Below are positions 1-11,146 of a stretch of DNA of 64,000 nucleotides, in pieces. The position numbers were made by a program, and so were the translations under genes. The stretch spans positions 195,612,001-195,676,000 of the forward strand of contig NC_058368.1 in the NCBI RefSeq assembly GCF_018350175.1. Direction: 5' to 3'. Source of the DNA: Felis catus (Eukaryota). Position 1 is the first letter of the stretch. Each line of letters starts with the position of its first letter. Below the pieces are notes generated by a model. That model worked only from the letters and a program-made list of their open reading frames with translations, did not search any database and was not told where the DNA came from.

Positions 1-620
1 TGGGTCCTATGATAGCTGTATGTTTAACTTTTGGAGGAACTTCCCAGATTGATTTTTGCCCGAAGTAGCTAGGCTAATAAGGAAAAGCCTTTGTGTCAAA
101 TGTTTGGAAAATTATTTTAGCATCCCACTGCATTTTTCATATTACACATATTACTGTCTTAAAGATGCTTTGAAAAAACAAATATGTCTGGGGTCCCCTG
201 GCTCAAATAAATGAAAAATGACACGTCAGATTCTTTTGAAAAGAATGCTAGCATTTTTAGCACCACTTTTTAAAAATTGTGGTGAGAGGCACATAACACA
301 TAATAAAACATGACACATAGTAAAAGTTGCCGTCTCAACCATTTTTAAGTATACAGTTCAGTGACGTCAAGGACATCCACGGTGTTGTGCAACCATCACC
401 ACCAGCCCTCTCCAGAACCCTTTTCATCTTGTAAAACTGAAACTGTGTGCTCATTAAACAGTAACTGCCCATCCCCCTCCCCCTGCCCCGGCAACCACCA
501 TCATACCCTCTGTCCCTGTGAATCGCACTACGCTGGGGACCACGTGCAATTGCAATCAAACAGCATTTCCCTGTTTGTAACTGGCTTATGTCACTTTCCG
601 TAATGTCCTCACGTTTCAGC
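1..620 (-). mobile_element. Old L1M-type LINE-1 3' region fragments (antisense), ANXA6 intron
   Basis: Typical antisense L1 3' text ('tgtttaactttt ggaggaact', 'accatttttaagtatacagttcagtg', 'ttgtgcaaccatcacc', 'ctggcttatgtcactt'); boundaries approximate, interrupted. Confidence 0.6.
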
Positions 621-943
621 CAAGTTTTTAATATAAAAAGGGGTGAATAAAAGCCAAAAGGATCCCATAATCCCAGTAGCCCCAACAACACCTATCTGAC
701 ATTAAAAGAAAGCATAAAAAGAACGCATTTGCACATTGAGAAGATGTGAACATAAAATCTCCGGAAAAATAAAATGCACAGGCTTTCCCAGCCCTTGTCT
801 TCAAAGGTAACCACTGTCCATCTTGACTTGTGCCTCTAGCTTGGCTTACCACCAAATACGTAAGTGTGACTGTGCATTTACCTTTCCTTAGCTAAACTTT
901 TTTTTTTTTCCTAAAGATTGGCTTTCCAGGCCTTTTTTCCCCC

Positions 944-1149
944 TAAGTTTATTTGCTTATTTTGAGAGAGACAGAGAGAGAGCACAAGTGGAAGAGAAGC
1001 AGAGAGGGAGAGGGAGAGAGAGGATCCCAAGCAGGTTCCTCGTTGTCAGTGCAGAGGCCAATGCGGGGCTCGATCCCACAAACTGAGATCACAACCTGAG
1101 CCGAAACCAAGAGTCGGACACCTAACCACCTGAACCATCCAGGCACCTC
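944..1149 (-). mobile_element. Carnivore SINE (SINEC family)
   Basis: Reverse complement of tRNA-derived head, (CT)n linker and A-rich tail. Confidence 0.9.
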
Positions 1150-1400
1150 GCCCCCAGCCTTTTCTTAGCTAGATAAAAGGAACATTATTATACACATATG
1201 CTATCTTTAATTTTTTTGCTTAATTTAAAGGGAAACTCTCCTTATCAGTCTACTGTGCTGATGAGAGTTTCCCTTTAAATAATATTCTTTTTAATAGTTG
1301 CATGGATTTCCATTATTGGGTAGCCATAGTGTGCTTATCAAATCATCGGGCTATTAGTAGTTTCCAGTTTTTCTCTGTCACAAAGTTATGCTGCAGTGAC

Positions 1401-1470
1401 ATTATATTATATTATATTATATTATATTATATTATATTATATTATATTATATTATATTATATTATATTAT
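1401..1470. repeat. (ATTAT)14 pentanucleotide microsatellite
   Basis: Perfect tandem ATTAT units. Confidence 0.97.
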
Positions 1471-1640
1471 ATCTTGAATGGCTTTGGCCAATCTATTGAT
1501 AAAGGCACACTCCTAGCCACATAACCGCTTGATCAAATGGCAGGTGCATTTAAAATTCTGAAAGACGTTGCCCATTTATATACCGGAAAGAGGTTTCTAC
1601 AGCATAAGGCTATTGTGAAGTTTATAAAGAGGATGGTTTT

Positions 1641-1850
1641 GGGGCGCCTGGGTGGCGCAGTCGGTTAAGCATCCGACTTCAGCCAGGTCACGATCTCACG
1701 GTCCGTGAGTTCGAGCCCCGCATCAGGCTCTGGGCCGATGGCTCGGAGCCTGGAGCCTGCTTCCGATTCTGTGTCTCCCTCTCTCTCTGCCCCTCCCCCA
1801 TTCATGCTCTGTCTCTCTCTGTCCCAAAAATAAATTAAAAAAAAAAAAAA
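1641..1850 (+). mobile_element. Young felid SINE (SINEC_Fc-like) with perfect TSD
   Basis: GGGGCGCCTGGGTGGCGCAGTCGG head, CpGs intact, long A tail; TSD AAAGAGGATGGTTTT at 1626-1640 and 1851-1865. Confidence 0.95.
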
Positions 1851-2540
1851 AAAGAGGATGGTTTTGGTTTGCCCAATAGAAAAAAGTGGTCGGCAGAGTT
1901 TCAGGGAAACAGGCAAGGGCAAAACCCAGTCTAGGGAATACAGGGCTGGCTGTATTTTGTTCCCAGGCACTCCAGGGCGCTGCTGCTTGCCTAACAAAAT
2001 AGTGCCCTAATGACTCAGCGTAGCACAGTGATTAAAAGTCACCCTTGTAAAATGACTGGACAGCTGGCATCGTCCCACCTGATTTTGGCTTTATGCCCTT
2101 CTCCCACAAGTCCCCTCCCTTCCTGACCTCAGCTTTCCTGTCTCTCCTGCTGTAACTTGAGGGGGTGAAATGACAGGTCTCAGACCCCCTTGTGGTAAAG
2201 GGTGTGGGGAATTCAGCACTTCTCTTGCTCTAACTTCTGGGCGGCTCTGTGGAGACAGGCGTGCTGAGGGCTGGAGTTGCCCTAGGTGGCTGGGGGTGCC
2301 AGGTAGAGTGCCCCGTTCTGTGTCTGCCCCGACCCCTCAGGTGAACACTTCAGAGTTAACTCCCAGGCCTCTCCCCCTTGTGGGCTCTGGCCCAAAGATC
2401 AGGGAAAGGTGTTTTCCCTCCGCCCTGCCCCTGCCCCTGCCCCCGCCCCCAGGGCCCCAGAGCCCCTGAGCCACCCTCTCCCAGCCTCCTCTGACTCAAG
2501 CCTTCCCTCTCTCCCTCCTCTCTCTCCCCCCTGCTCTCAG

Positions 2541-2558
2541 GTGGCTGCTGAGATCTTG
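2541..2558 (+). CDS. ANXA6: ANXA6 18-nt alternative microexon (VAAEIL)
   Basis: Long pyrimidine tract ...ctgctctcag|GTGGCTGCTGAGATCTTG|gtgagt; phase 0-0; encodes the known alternatively spliced VAAEIL insert of annexin A6. Confidence 0.95.
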
Positions 2559-3319
2559 GTGAGTGTCCTGTTCTTCGCGGGGATTTTCATGGCTTCTCTG
2601 AGCGAAGGCTGAGTGACTGTGCCTCTGGAAGGGCCAAGCGGCCAGTCAGGCAGTGGTCGGGGCTGCCCCCAGGTTCTCTCTCCCCCCTTCAGGGCCTCTT
2701 AAGAACCCCACTGGGTAAAAAATGGGCCAGGCAAGTGTTTCCCACATTTCAGCCACTCGCCTGCCACATGATTTGTGCCACACGCCATCAGCCGTGGGTA
2801 GTTTTCTTTAAAGGGGCCCTTTTGAAATCTGAATTGAACTCTTAAAGGGAAATTTAATGTCAATATAAATGGAACAGTGGCTGGCTGGAAGACTATTGTG
2901 GAAGCATGTATATGTGGTGCGTCAAAATATGTGTGTCCGCTTACCGCACTTGGCTAAACACTGGCTAGGCTGTTTTCTTTGCACATGGACAGACACACTT
3001 TCCCAGAGGGGCTTTCAGAAGGGCTTAAGGACGGAAGAACTCTGAGTCCCCGTGCCCGGTACCTATTTGCCCTCCCCTGGGTCCCAGTCTCGAGGTCCTG
3101 AGGCCAGAGTGGAAATGCCTGGTGCTAAGCCCCTCTGTGTCAGTCCAGAGGGTTCCTGGGAACTGACGGTGGGGAACGTGGAGGCTGAGGAAGGAAGAAG
3201 GGGCCAATGTCAGCCTCCTTAGGTAGTTGCCCTCAGCCTAGGCAAAGACATGAAAGTGAATAACCAAGGCCTTCCGGTGTCTTCCCTCCCAACTCCTTGC
3301 CCCCACCTGGGCTCTGCAG

Positions 3320-3413
3320 GAGATAGCAGACACACCCAGTGGAGACAAAACTTCCCTGGAGACACGTTTCATGACGATCCTGTGCACACGTAGCTATCAG
3401 CATCTCCGGAGAG
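3320..3413 (+). CDS. ANXA6: ANXA6 coding exon (EIADTPSGDKTSLETRFMTILCTRSYQHLRR)
   Basis: ctgcag|GAG...AGAG|gtgagg, 94 nt, phase 0-1; annexin repeat sequence. Confidence 0.96.
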
Positions 3414-3934
3414 GTGAGGTCTCAGTCCCTTCCCTTCCCAATGTAGCAGGAAGCTCCCCAGATCTGATGGGAGCCTCTCCATTCTCTCTGACAAGAGGAG
3501 CTGGTTGCCCACTCCTTACCCCAGAATATTGTAGCTGGTGCTGAGTCGAGTCCTGGCTCTACCGCCAACGTTCAGCCCCGGACCAACCCCCTTCACCTCC
3601 TTAGGGAAGCAGGTGGGATGCCTGAGATAAGGGATGGCAGGTGGCTTCCGCCTCCAAGGTCACTTCAGTAGATTGGTAGTGGCTGCCTAGAATATTGTGT
3701 TGAAGATTCAAAGGTTCAGTGTCATGAACCTTTGCTGATGTCTGCCGGGAACAAGGCAATGAGGGGTGCTAATGGCACAAGGACCGCCTGCACCTCTTTG
3801 AGCCCCAGGCTGTCACATGCACAGGGCACACCAGTACATGGTGGCCCTGACATTAGGTGCTCAATGAAGCGCCCTGTCCACTAAGACATTTTTCTTTTAA
3901 CGTGCATTTGCCTGGCACTCAAGGTGCTCTAGCT

Positions 3935-4145
3935 TAGTGGCTAAAAGAATGGACTTGGGAGCCAGATTGCCTCGATTTGAATCTCCCACTTACCAGCTGT
4001 GTGACCTTGGGCGAGGTAGTGAATATCTGTGCCTTAACTCCCTCATCTATAAATTGGGATTTTACACAGTTACACGATTGTTGTCAGGATACGAAAAATA
4101 TAATGCGTGGAAAGCCCTTTGGGCGATGCCTGGCACATAGTAACT
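3935..4145 (+). mobile_element. MIR SINE
   Basis: MIR core 'ttaccagctgtgtgaccttgggc...ctcatctataaa...tgcctggcacatagtaa'. Confidence 0.75.
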
Positions 4146-4541
4146 TCCTCAGGGTCATCATGGTGATTACTTACATTAATCTCTATCCCAACTTGACACA
4201 GGAGGAAAGGGAGGCCTAGAAGGGGGAAGGGGAATTACCCAAGGTTATTCAGTGAGCTCAGGGCAGACCTTTGCTAGGACCCAAGCTCCTTTTGCTATCC
4301 CAGCCTGGGTAGAACTGGTCTCAGGCTCTGGAGCCGTGTCTGACGTGACACAGATTTGGCTCTGAGCCCAAGGAGGCTCAGTGAGTCCTGCCCAGTGAGT
4401 GCACCTAGGCCTGGGCTGTGGCCATACCTGCTGCCCCTTCCCCCTTTCCTGGGGCATGGCCTGGGGGGGGGGGGGAGAGGAAGGGTGATCTCTCCCCTCC
4501 CTCTGAACTGAAGTTCACCCACCCTCTTCTCTTGGGGCCAG

Positions 4542-4637
4542 TCTTCCAGGAGTTTGTCAAGATGACCAACTACGACGTGGAGCACACCATCAAGAAGGAG
4601 ATGTCAGGGGATGTCAGGGACGTGTTTGTGGCCATTG
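4542..4637 (+). CDS. ANXA6: ANXA6 coding exon (VFQEFVKMTNYDVEHTIKKEMSGDVRDVFVAI)
   Basis: ggccag|TC...ATTG|gtaact, 96 nt, phase 1-1, in frame with neighbouring exons. Confidence 0.96.
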
Positions 4638-5414
4638 GTAACTATTGGGGACCAAAGGAAGGGGATGGACGTCCTGGGGAGGCTCTGGGGACACTGGGAA
4701 CGTGGCCAGATCCCCTGGACAAGTGTGGCCATGGCAACTTCCTAAGCTACTATTACTGGAAAATAACCCCTGCTGCTGCGGGGGTCCTGCCAGTGTGTGG
4801 TTGGTGGGGTAGCGTGAGGACTTGTTCCAGGCTGCAGGGCAGGATGACGGAACAGCTTTCCCTGGGGAGGTAATGGGGGGCGGGGAGAGGCATGGCAACA
4901 TCGGGTAGGGGCACAGTGTCCTGCAAGACTAGGGTGTGCACACGCACACTATACATGAGGAGTTGGGAAGGTTAGTGTACGATGCGATCTTTCCCCTGGG
5001 TTCCTGAGCCAGTGCATGGCCACATCTTGGGTGAACATGCCCTTGGGGTACGCATCTCCAGCCCCTTGCCCCCTGCCCTCCTCCCAGAGATACCTTTATA
5101 TCCAGAGTCGTTCTGGCTTTCTGGCACTAGGGTCTGATTTCCTCTCCCTGAGCTGCCTGAGACACCCTTGTGTGGGCTCTGGGGCCTTGAAATCCAGCAG
5201 CTGCTAAGGGCTGGAGACCCCCTGGGCCTTGAGAAAGGGCAGGGACCGGCAGAGCCAGGCAGACGTTACCTGGGGTGGTGACGGGTGGGGGGCAGGGGCT
5301 GCCAGTGAGGCTAGAGTGTGTAGGCTCTGGGGCAAGAGTCAGCCCCTGGGATTCACATGGTGCCTTCATTTAGGCCAATAGACACCCATTCTCTGGCATA
5401 ATATTCCTCCAAAT

Positions 5415-5720
5415 CAGTAGTTCTCAAACAGTGGGCTGCACCAGAGTAGGGAAGCCAACCATTCTGATTTGCACTAAAACCCCGAACGTCCCGGGCAAAG
5501 TGGGTTACCTCCCTTCAGAGTAGCGTTCTCAGCCCATCTGGGGAGGGCCGTGAGAATTTGCATTTCCACCAAGTTCCCAGATGCTGCTGCTGTAGCTGTC
5601 CAGGAACCATCCTCTGAGAATCGCCGCTCAAAATATTTCTTGAATCTGAGTCTGTAGGGTGGAGCCTAGAACCCAAGTTTTCAACAAGCTCTCCAGTGAT
5701 TCTGATGCACTTAGAAGTTG
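5415..5720. mobile_element. MER5-like hAT DNA transposon remnants
   Basis: 'gagaatttgcatttcc..caagttcccagatgctgctg' and 'aacaagctctccagtgattctgatgcac' MER5-type motifs; boundaries approximate. Confidence 0.6.
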
Positions 5721-6024
5721 GAGGCCCTGTGCCTTGGGCTTCTGAGGGTTTCTTCCCTTTGTGTCCTCCACTCACCTTGGTTAGCTGCAGGCACCTCAGC
5801 AGGATTGAGCTGCACCCCAGTGAGAGCCAGGTCTAGGATGAGCGGGAGGAGGGGCTTCGGGAAGGGGGAGGGAAGGTGTCAGGCCCTGAGGACGAGCCCA
5901 GGGTTGGCAATGCCCTGCAGGCCCAGGCTGGGGGGAGAGGAGGTGGGCGGATACAGCCGGGGCCCATAGTCTGGGCACGCCACCTCTGACCAAGTTTCCT
6001 GCGTCTCTCTCCTCTTCCTACCAG

Positions 6025-6083
6025 TTCAAAGTGTCAAGAACAAGCCTCTCTTCTTTGCCGACAAACTGTACAAATCCATGAAG
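6025..6083 (+). CDS. ANXA6: ANXA6 coding exon (VQSVKNKPLFFADKLYKSMK)
   Basis: ctaccag|TT...AAG|gtaaac, 59 nt, phase 1-0. Confidence 0.96.
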
Positions 6084-6242
6084 GTAAACTTGCGTGTTTG
6101 TTCCTTTCCCTTCCTGCCCTTGTACTCACCCACAAACATGGGTGTGTGCAGTTCCCCGGGTCAGGACTCGTGGCAACTGTGTCCACCCACTTGGTATTTA
6201 CCAGCATCTGCCTCATGTCTGGCTCCACGATAGTAGCTTTCA

Positions 6243-6420
6243 AGTAGGGGTGATTTTTGTCCCCAGGGGAACATTTGGCAATGTTCAGACGCAACCTGAG
6301 GAGTGTTGCTGTCCTCTGATGGGATGGGAGTGGGGACGCCGCTCAGTAGCCTGTAATGCACAGGACAGATCCCGCAACGGAGAATGACATGGCCCCAAAG
6401 GCCAAGGTTGAGAAACTTGC
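6243..6420. mobile_element. MER20-like DNA transposon
   Basis: 'ggggtgatttttgtccccaggggaacatttggcaatg' ... 'gccaaggttgagaaac'. Confidence 0.7.
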
Positions 6421-6819
6421 TCTGGGGACACAGGGCTGAGTAGGGCTCAATCTCTGCCCTCTTGGAACTCACGTTCGGGTAGGTGACACAGTGTCACCTC
6501 CTATGACGAAGGATCACAGAAGTAGCAAGTGCTGGGCTCTGGGACTAGCTCCGGCTTCCCGAAAACCCCGGCCACTCTGGCCACCTTCTCAGCCCAGCAA
6601 AGGGACTGCCCTTGGCTGCTCACAGAGCCTGGGCAGGCTGTTTGGTGGGAATGAGCCTGAGACCCCTCTTGGCCTACAGTCCCCAAACATCATGGCCATT
6701 TATTGAGCGCTCACCACGTCCAGCTTTGACCCCCAAGTTGGTGTTCCTGAGCTGCGTGGGGGCAGAAGTGGGCCGTGGCTGCCCACACATCCCATGTCAT
6801 GTGCCTGCTGCACAGGCCC

Positions 6820-7230
6820 CCTGTTAATTTCCCAGGGCTCCTTTATCAAATCACCACAAATTGACAACAGAGATTTTATTTTTTTTGTGGTTCAAGTGGC
6901 CAGCAGTGAAAAATGAGGGTGTTAGGTTCCTTCTAGATGCTCTGAGGGGAAAACTCTCCCATGCGCCTCTCCTAGCGCCTGGTGGTTGCCAGGAATCCTG
7001 GTGTTTCCTGGCTTCTGGATGCCTCCGTCAGACTCTGCCTTATCTTCACATGGCCTTCTCTGTGTGTATGTCCATGTGTCCTCTCTTACAAGGACTCGAG
7101 CTGTTGGGTCTAATCCCGCCCTAATCCAATATGACCTCAACTCATTATATGTGCAAAGACCCTATTTCCAAATTAGGTCACATTGTGAGATTCCAGGTGG
7201 ATCTGAATTTGGGGGGCATACTATTCAGTT
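6820..7230 (-). mobile_element. MLT1-type (MaLR) solo LTR
   Basis: 'cttcacatggccttctc', 'ccctaatccaatatgacctca', 'gcaaagaccctatttccaaattaggtcacatt'. Confidence 0.75.
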
Positions 7231-7433
7231 CATACAGGTTGGTTTTGCCTGTCTGGCCAGTCCCAGGCACAAGGGAAGCAGGGTCAGGACTACTTGTGGA
7301 AGACAGAGGCGGAATACCCCACCCTGGTTTGGAGGGAAAAGAGAGACAGGCAGACAGACACCTATGAGCTCTTGTCTGACCTGACCCTGTTTCTTCTCCT
7401 GCCCTGTGTCTCCTTCTCACCTGGCTCCACCAG

Positions 7434-7556
7434 GGTGCTGGCACAGATGAGAAGACCCTCACCAGGATCATGATCTCCCGGAGTGAGATTGACCTGCTCA
7501 ACATCCGGCGGGAGTTCATCGAGAAATACGACAAGTCTCTCCACCAAGCCATTGAA
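7434..7556 (+). CDS. ANXA6: ANXA6 penultimate exon ([41 protein letters not shown])
   Basis: caccag|GGT...GAA|gtaagg, 123 nt, phase 0-0; GxGTDE annexin type II Ca-binding loop. Confidence 0.97.
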
Positions 7557-7828
7557 GTAAGGGGGAGGGGTTAGAGGTCAGCGGGGCAGGGGCGTGAGTG
7601 TCAGATCCCTGACCATGAGATTACAAGTCCTTTCTCTTCCCATAGTCTTTTTCTCAAGGAGTTCCCAGTCAGGACATTGATAAATGAAAGACCTACTTCA
7701 TTGTGTATACCAAAATAAATTCCAGATGGCTCGAAGGTTTATAAGAAGATTTCCAGATAAAACAGCCTATTTTGTTTTTTGAAGATGACTTTATTGAAAT
7801 ATTATTTATAGACCATAAAGTGCACCTG

Positions 7829-8031
7829 TTTTAAATGTTTATTTATTTTTGAGAGAGAGAGAGAGAGAGATCGTGAGCAGGGGAGACATAGAGAGAGAGG
7901 GGGACAGAGGATCCAAAGCAGGCTCTGTGCCGGCAGCAGAAAGCCCACTGCGGGGCTCCAACTCACAGACTGTAAGATTGTGACCTGAGCCAAAGTTAGA
8001 CTCTCAACCAATGGAGCCACCTAGGTGACCC
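7829..8031 (-). mobile_element. SINEC inserted in an old L1 fragment
   Basis: Antisense SINEC; the flanks (about 7790-8250) resemble antisense L1M 3' end. Confidence 0.88.
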
Positions 8032-9498
8032 AGTATTTTTTTTAGCAGACTTAATGAGTTGTGCACCATCGCCACAATCCAGTTTTAGAACATTTCCGTC
8101 ACCCCACTAAGATCCCTTGTACCTCCTTACTTATTCCCACCCCTGCCCGCCAAGCGACTTTGTGTCTCTATAGATTTGCCTTTTCTGGCTATTTCATAGA
8201 AATAGAACCATGTGATGTGAGATCTTTTGTATCTGACTTCTTTCACTTACAGAGCCCATTTTTTTGGCTTCAAGGTTGGCCAAGATCTTAAAGTTTGATA
8301 CTGGGCTTGGCCGACAAGACTGGGAAATGTTATAGCAGCTTCACACAGACTTGGTGGGGAGGATGTACATTGTTAGCACATCTTTAAAGAGTAGTCTGGC
8401 AGTTTTCAAAATGTTAAATGCGTACACTTTGGACTTGCTGCTTCTGTATGTGGGAATTGATCCTATAGACCTAGCTACACATGTTCCCAAAGATGTGTAA
8501 GAGAATATTTATGTAGCAAAATACTGGAAGTCCTCTGTACAGAGCTGGTTAAAGAAAGTATGGTACACCTATACGATAGAGCACGATACAACCATGAAAA
8601 AGCTTGAGGAGGCTCTATCTGCTGATTTCGGATCTCCTCTAAGCCAAAAAAAGTATGCCCAGAATAGTGTGAGTGCTATGTGTCCATTTGTGTAGAAAAG
8701 GGACATTCTACACATATTAGTATATGCTCAGATTGTTGCTGGGAACCCGCACAAGACAAATCGTAGCTCTCTCTTGATTTGGGGAAAGAGAAGTCAGGAA
8801 TGGGAGATTTTTATTGTATCGTCTTTCCTTTGACTTACATCGTTATTTATAATGATGATTTTTTAAAATGATGATGATTTGATATAATGATGAGTTTACC
8901 AAAAAAGGAAAAAAAGCATATATCATAAAAATAAAAATGACAGGAGCCACTCTAAAAAGAGGGAGAGTCTGGCCTCCCACAGTTCTGCTGGAGGCCAGAT
9001 ATTATGTGTCAAAAACACAATGACATTCACATAAATTCCTGCAAGGGCCTGGTACTCAGTAAGTGCTCCACAGTGTCTGTTCAAATAAGGAATCTCATTT
9101 GCGCATGTGTTAATGGCTGTGGGAGGAGGAAGGGAAGAACAGAGGGCAGGAACACTTCACAGAAGAAGGGGCATCAGAGGCCAGGCAGGATTTGGGAGTG
9201 GTGCAGAGGGCATGCTGGACACAGGAGCGGTAGGCATTACAGTAGGAAGATGAACCTAGATGCTCCCAGAAGTGGGGGAGGGGGGTGAAGCCACCAAGCT
9301 TCATGGGGGTCAGACCACAAAAGGCCTTGAGGCCAGGCTGAGAGCTTGGACATTTTCCTGAGGGTAGTGGGGAGCCACAGAAGGGACATAGTCACATTTG
9401 TGTGTTTGGGAGACATTAGGCTGACAACAGCTGGGAGGAAGGGGCATTGAGGCCATCAGGATTGTTTTAACTCATTGCTCTTCCTCTGCTCCTGCCAG

Positions 9499-9558
9499 GG
9501 TGACACCTCTGGAGACTTCCTGAAGGCCCTGCTGGCTATCTGTGGAGGCGAGGACTAG
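9499..9558 (+). CDS. ANXA6: ANXA6 terminal exon, coding part (GDTSGDFLKALLAICGGED*)
   Basis: ctgccag|GGT...GAC TAG; canonical annexin C-terminus; stop 9556-9558. Confidence 0.97.
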   Translation, partial: GDTSGDFLKALLAICGGED

Positions 9559-10310
9559 GGCGACCAGCTTTGGCCGGCACCTGTGCCGAGAAATGGTCAG
9601 CAGCACCAGCCGCCATGACCGAGCCTAACTGCTCCAGCTCCAGAGACTAAGGAAGGGACAGGGGTGGGGGGAGGGGGTCAGGGGTGGGCTTTTGTCTTCA
9701 GCTGGGGTTTAGGAAAGGCTCCCACTCCCACAGGCCACTGAAGGCCCAGCACGGTCACTTCTGCTCACATGTGAGCAACCGAAGAGCCGTAGCCACAAAT
9801 CCCGTCCACCTCCACTCCCCATCTTCCTCTTCAGCCCTTCCCAGCTTCCATCCCTTACGGCAGCCCTTGCCCTGCTTTGGGCTTTGTCAAATCCAAAAAC
9901 ATACTGAGCCTCTGTCTGTGAAATGAGTGAAGCGTGTGCTTTGAATGGCAGCGTGTGGTGGCAGGTGCCGATTAAGTGTCCTGGGGGAGAGAAGGGTCGG
10001 GTCAATGCCTTCCAGCCAATTGCCAGTCCCCCCACTGTTTCACCACTTGCCCCCATCCAGAGAGACGGAACCGGGAGTCTGGCTACCTGGGTTCAAATTT
10101 GCATCTGCCACGTGTATGCGTTCTAGCTTCAGGCCAACCTCTGTCCCTGCCTGAGTCTCTACTCTCTTATCTACAAAGTAGGAGAGTTGGATGAAAGGAT
10201 GTTGGCTTTCTCTAACATTGACAGTGTAAGATGTGCCCCCAAGTCATTCCCTTTCCACTTTCCTCTCTAACTAGAAACAGACATACAGACACATAAACAT
10301 ATTTCCCACG
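9559..10310 (+). other. ANXA6: ANXA6 3'UTR (3' end approximate)
   Basis: Follows the stop; resembles recalled human ANXA6 3'UTR; end inferred from CATAAA plus GU/U-rich element. Confidence 0.7.
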
Positions 10311-10324
10311 GGGTCTGTGTTTTT
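10292..10324 (+). terminator. Putative non-canonical poly(A) signal CATAAA with downstream GU/U-rich element
   Basis: CATAAA at 10292-10297, then 'gtctgtgtttttt' at about 10313-10324; no AATAAA seen in the UTR. Confidence 0.45.
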
Positions 10325-10923
10325 GACCTAGACCTGCCGCTGGATTGTCCTCATGACAGCCTGAGGTATTCACCCACCCAGGAGTAAGTTCTACCCTCAT
10401 GCTCTTGACTGGGAATCCGAGTGAGAGTCTGAGCTAACATCTAGCCTGGAAAGGCTGCCTCAGTCCCCTCCAGGTCTCAGATACTCCCTCCTCCCTCTGC
10501 TGCCTGGACGTGTCTCTGTGCATTCTTCATTCATTACAACCAAACCAAAACTTCCTCTTTTGAGCTCTTCAAGGGCACCAGATGTGATCGTGATCTGGGG
10601 AGGCCCGCGGAAAGTTTCTACTTTGTGAAGATCACTGATAAGCAGCAGCTTCTCCGTCTCCCTTCCATCGGATGTGTTTCTGCTCTGAGACTTGGGTCTG
10701 AAGTTGTCTGGTGACGGTGACAGAGGTGCGAGGGCGCCTGCTGACTGGAGGGCCCTGCTCCCTATCCTGACTGGCCTGACCTACTTTGACAAATCAAGTG
10801 TGTCTGCTATAGTAGCTGTGCAGGGGGCACGGGGTTTGGGAAACTTGAGTGACCTTGGGCCCGCCACTGCCCTCACTGGGCCTCAGTTTCTACATTTGTA
10901 CAGTGAGGGGTTGGATCCAACAA

Positions 10924-11146
10924 TTTTTTTTTAAATTTTTTTAAATGTTTATTTGTTTTTGAGAGAGAGAGAGACAGAGCGTGAGCAGGGGAGGGGCAGA
11001 TAGAGAGGGAGACACAGAATCCAAAGCAGGCTCCCGGCTCTGAGCTGTCAGCACAGAGCCCAACTTGGGGCTCGAACCCACAAACCATGAGATCATGACC
11101 TGAGCCAAAGTCGGACGCTTAACTGACTCAGCCACCCAGGCGCCCC
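10924..11146 (-). mobile_element. SINEC_Fc-like SINE
   Basis: Full-length antisense SINEC. Confidence 0.92.

Noticed and set aside
1302..1499. ORF with repeated ILYY
   Set aside because: Translation of the (ATTAT)n microsatellite
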